64,000 nucleotides of DNA from an uncultured Gammaproteobacteria bacterium. GTDB lineage: Bacteria; Pseudomonadota; Gammaproteobacteria; SZUA-229. The stretch lies in the NCBI GenBank assembly GCA_963924875.1, contig CAWUSX010000022.1, positions 124,129 to 188,128 on the forward strand, in the 5' to 3' direction. The translations under genes and the position numbers were made by a program. Positions 62,483 through 64,000 of the stretch are shown piece by piece. The stretch's first letter is position 1; each line of letters opens with the position of its first letter. Below the pieces are notes generated by a model that did no database searches, was not told the origin of the DNA, and saw nothing but the letters and a program-made list of their open reading frames with translations.

Positions 62483-64000
62483 TGGCTTACAAAACGATTA
62501 TTGAAGACGATATCGACGTTCTAGTTGCAGGCGCGGGCCTCGGTGGTACCGGTGCTGCATTTGAAGCAAGATATTGGGGCAAGGACAAGAAAATTGTTAT
62601 TGCTGAGAAGGCAAACATCGATCGTTCTGGTGCAGTAGCCCAGGGTCTGTATGCGATCAACTGTTACATGGGTACCCGCTGGGGTGAAAACAATCCTGAA
62701 GATCACGTACGTTATGCGCGTATGGATTTGATGGGTATGGTACGTGAGGATCTGGCCTTTGATATGGCGCGTCACGTAGATTCAGCTGTGCACCAGTTTG
62801 AAGAATGGGGCCTGCCGCTGATGAAAAACCCTGATACGGGTAGCTATATGCGTGAAGGTCGCTGGCAGATTATGATTCACGGTGAATCTTATAAGCCTAT
62901 TGTTGCTGAAGCCGCTAAAAAATCAGCTGACAAAGTGTTTAACCGTGTTTGTGTAACCCATTTGTTAATGGATGATGCTAAAGAGAACCGCGTTGCGGGT
63001 GCTGTTGGCTTCAATGTACGTACCGGTAACTACCACGTATTCAAGTCTAAGACTGTTATCTGTGGTGCTGGTGGTGCTTCTAACATCTTTAAACCACGTT
63101 CAGTTGGTGAAGGTGCCGGCCGTGTATGGTATGCACCATGGTCTTCAGGTTCTGCGTATGGTCTTATGATCAACGCTGGTGCGAAGATGACACAAATGGA
63201 AAATCGTATCGTATTGGCACGATTTAAAGATGGTTACGGTCCTGTTGGCGCATATTTCTTGCACCTCAAGACTTATACACAAAACTGTCTGGGTGAAGAG
63301 TATGAATCTAAATGGTTCCCAGCTCTAACTGAAATGGTAGGTAAAGAATACCTGGATACAGAAGGTCAGCATTTATCTCACAAGCCTATTCCAACTTGTT
63401 TACGTAACCATGCATTTATCAATGAAGTAAATGCCGGTCGTGGTCCTATCCACATGGTTACTATGGAAGCATTCCAGGATCCGCATCTTGAGGAAATTGG
63501 CTGGCACAACTTCTTAGGCATGACGGTTGGCCAAGCGGTACTTTGGGCTGCAACTGACGTTGATCCTAAATACGAAAACCCTGAATTAACAACTTCTGAG
63601 CCTTATGTAATGGGTTCTCACGCAACAGGTTGTGGTGCATGGTGTTCAGGTCCTGAAGATGTTTCGCCAGATGAATATTTCTGGGGCTACAATCGTATGA
63701 CTACAGTTGAGGGTTTATTTGGTGCGGGTGATGCAGTAGGTGGTACACCACACGCATTCTCATCAGGTTCTTTCACTGAAGGTCGTCTGGCTGCTAAAGC
63801 TGCTTGTAAGTATATTGATGATGGCAAAGCAAAAGGCATTCGTGTTACTGATAAGCAGATTGCTGATCTTAAAGCGACGATCTACAAGCCAATGGAAACG
63901 CATAAAGTCTATAGCAACGAAGTTGTTGCCGGTTCTGTTAACCCTAACTTCATTAATCCAAGACAGGGTCTTGATCGTCTGCAGAAGATGATGGACGAGT
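62482..64000 (+). CDS. aprA: adenylylsulfate (APS) reductase alpha subunit (partial, continues beyond window)
   Basis: Starts at TAATG overlapping the aprB stop. FAD-binding DVLVAGAGLGGTGAA and a flavoprotein core. There is no stop before the window end, so the track does not list it. Confidence 0.9.
   Translation, partial: MAYKTIIEDDIDVLVAGAGLGGTGAAFEARYWGKDKKIVIAEKANIDRSGAVAQGLYAINCYMGTRWGENNPEDHVRYARMDLMGMVREDLAFDMARHVDSAVHQFEEWGLPLMKNPDTGSYMREGRWQIMIHGESYKPIVAEAAKKSADKVFNRVCVTHLLMDDAKENRVAGAVGFNVRTGNYHVFKSKTVICGAGGASNIFKPRSVGEGAGRVWYAPWSSGSAYGLMINAGAKMTQMENRIVLARFKDGYGPVGAYFLHLKTYTQNCLGEEYESKWFPALTEMVGKEYLDTEGQHLSHKPIPTCLRNHAFINEVNAGRGPIHMVTMEAFQDPHLEEIGWHNFLGMTVGQAVLWAATDVDPKYENPELTTSEPYVMGSHATGCGAWCSGPEDVSPDEYFWGYNRMTTVEGLFGAGDAVGGTPHAFSSGSFTEGRLAAKAACKYIDDGKAKGIRVTDKQIADLKATIYKPMETHKVYSNEVVAGSVNPNFINPRQGLDRLQKMMDE

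Overview
The window reads as core chromosome of a gammaproteobacterium, probably a sulfur oxidiser, with dense largely co-directional genes and no transposase, integrase, CRISPR array or rRNA that I can see, and no tRNA detected by eye (tRNA genes cannot be excluded without a scan).

There is long Pseudomonas-like synteny: nadE-glnB, bamD/rluD/pgeF, clpB, purMN with DUF3108 and DUF2066/AI-2E/hda neighbours, wrbA-arsC, leuC-(entericidin-like)-leuD-leuB-asd-fimV-truA-trpF-trpBA-accD-folC-dedD-cvpA-purF-metZ, a fliLMNOP block, grx-cysG, and the start of an aprMBA (dissimilatory APS reductase) operon.

Several modules break this synteny. The most unusual is a tight four-gene cassette at 22577-26977 encoding a periplasmic thioredoxin-like protein, a TolC-like outer-membrane factor, a short HlyD/RND-type periplasmic adaptor and a cytoplasmic GspE/PilB-family secretion ATPase with no inner-membrane partner. 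I could not place this architecture in any secretion or efflux system I know.

Other notable items:
- a ComFB-family protein in the pur operon;
- an unlisted 44-aa entericidin-like lipoprotein gene between leuC and leuD;
- a peptidoglycan-remodelling insertion between purF and metZ (TPR/NTF2-like protein, L,D-transpeptidase, M14 carboxypeptidase, small YkuD protein);
- a stand-alone FlhB-C-domain and FliK-like gene pair divergent from a sigma-54-type promoter driving fliLMNOP, which ends without fliQR/flhB;
- two multidomain c-di-GMP turnover proteins, one with a degenerate GGNEF motif;
- an edge-truncated PilS-like sensor translationally coupled to a small zinc-ribbon protein.
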